Shown in pieces: positions 63,633 through 64,000 of a stretch of 64,000 nt of DNA. The position numbers were made by a program, and so were the translations under genes. This DNA comes from Octopus vulgaris (taxonomy: Eukaryota): assembly GCA_951406725.2 (NCBI GenBank), contig OX597815.1:132680001-132744000 (forward strand), given 5' to 3'. Under the pieces are notes generated by a model that was given only the letters and a program-made list of their open reading frames with translations, was not told the DNA's origin and did not search any database. Position 1 is the stretch's first letter. The number at the start of each line of letters is the position of its first letter.

Positions 63633-63710
63633 GGTCACTTTCTAGTGCTACTGGTAACATGTAACCCAGTACAACCTGTTGCATGGTCGGGTCTTCGGCG
63701 ACTAAACCGG
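63633..63710 (+). ncRNA. HDV-like ribozyme fold (partly decayed)
   Basis: P1 GGTCA/TGGTC, P2 CCAGT/ACCGG, P3 ACA/TGC, L3 ACCTGT with CC:GG P1.1, short P4, J4/2 C-TAA. Confidence 0.5.
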
Positions 63711-64000
63711 CAACCCCACCAAGCTTGCTTGGTGAGGAGGGTGTTTATTGGACACCCTGCGGGATGAAAAACAAAACCCGTCAAAGGGCGGAGGAACTCT
63801 TGAGAGTCAACGGCCATCCAATAAATGTCTTAAAGCTGTATCATGCGCGGGGACATAGAAATAATTGGACTGAATACCCGATCGCGTGGTTAAACCATTG
63901 GGAGTGAAGGACTCCTAGCCTCTGTTAGGGCATCCTTCTAGGAGAAGGTAACTCAGGTAACTGGGATAACTGATATAAAACCTGCGGATCAGTGGTTACC
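63633..64000 (+). mobile_element. Probable 5' UTR of a non-LTR retrotransposon, continuing beyond the window
   Basis: Abrupt GC-richer sequence starting after (TATG)n; 5' ribozyme-like fold; GGGCATCCTTCTAGGAGAAGGTAACTC hairpin resembling motifs I recall from RTE-type 5' UTRs. Confidence 0.55.

Overview
AT-rich, repeat-saturated eukaryotic DNA, most likely from a cephalopod (Octopus-like). That assignment is inferred from the SINE families and microsatellite load. No host protein-coding gene is recognisable, and most ORFs in the track are microsatellite translations. The window is a mosaic of: (TA)n/(AAT)n/(TG)n/(GATA)n microsatellites; three tRNA-derived SINE families (about 20 copies); decayed LINEs (CR1-like, RTE, and R4/Dong-like restriction-like-endonuclease elements); several Penelope-like element (PLE) remnants with RT and GIY-YIG motifs; and a Tc1/mariner MITE. 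The notable layer is ribozyme-bearing mobile DNA. (1) At least 7 minimal type-I hammerhead motifs occur in 6 different repeat families, including variants in which the C3-G8 core pair is replaced by G3-C8 or A3-U8. (2) A ~348-nt retrozyme-like monomer is present as two circularly permuted, more-than-unit-length copies. (3) A tRNA-headed SINE appears to carry a hammerhead. (4) An HDV-like ribozyme fold sits at the 5' end of a probable non-LTR element. (5) Two homologous ~1.8-2.1 kb elements encode only a gag/ORF1-like zinc-knuckle protein and no RT, one with a perfect 16-bp TSD. All RNA structures were paired by eye and none has been tested.
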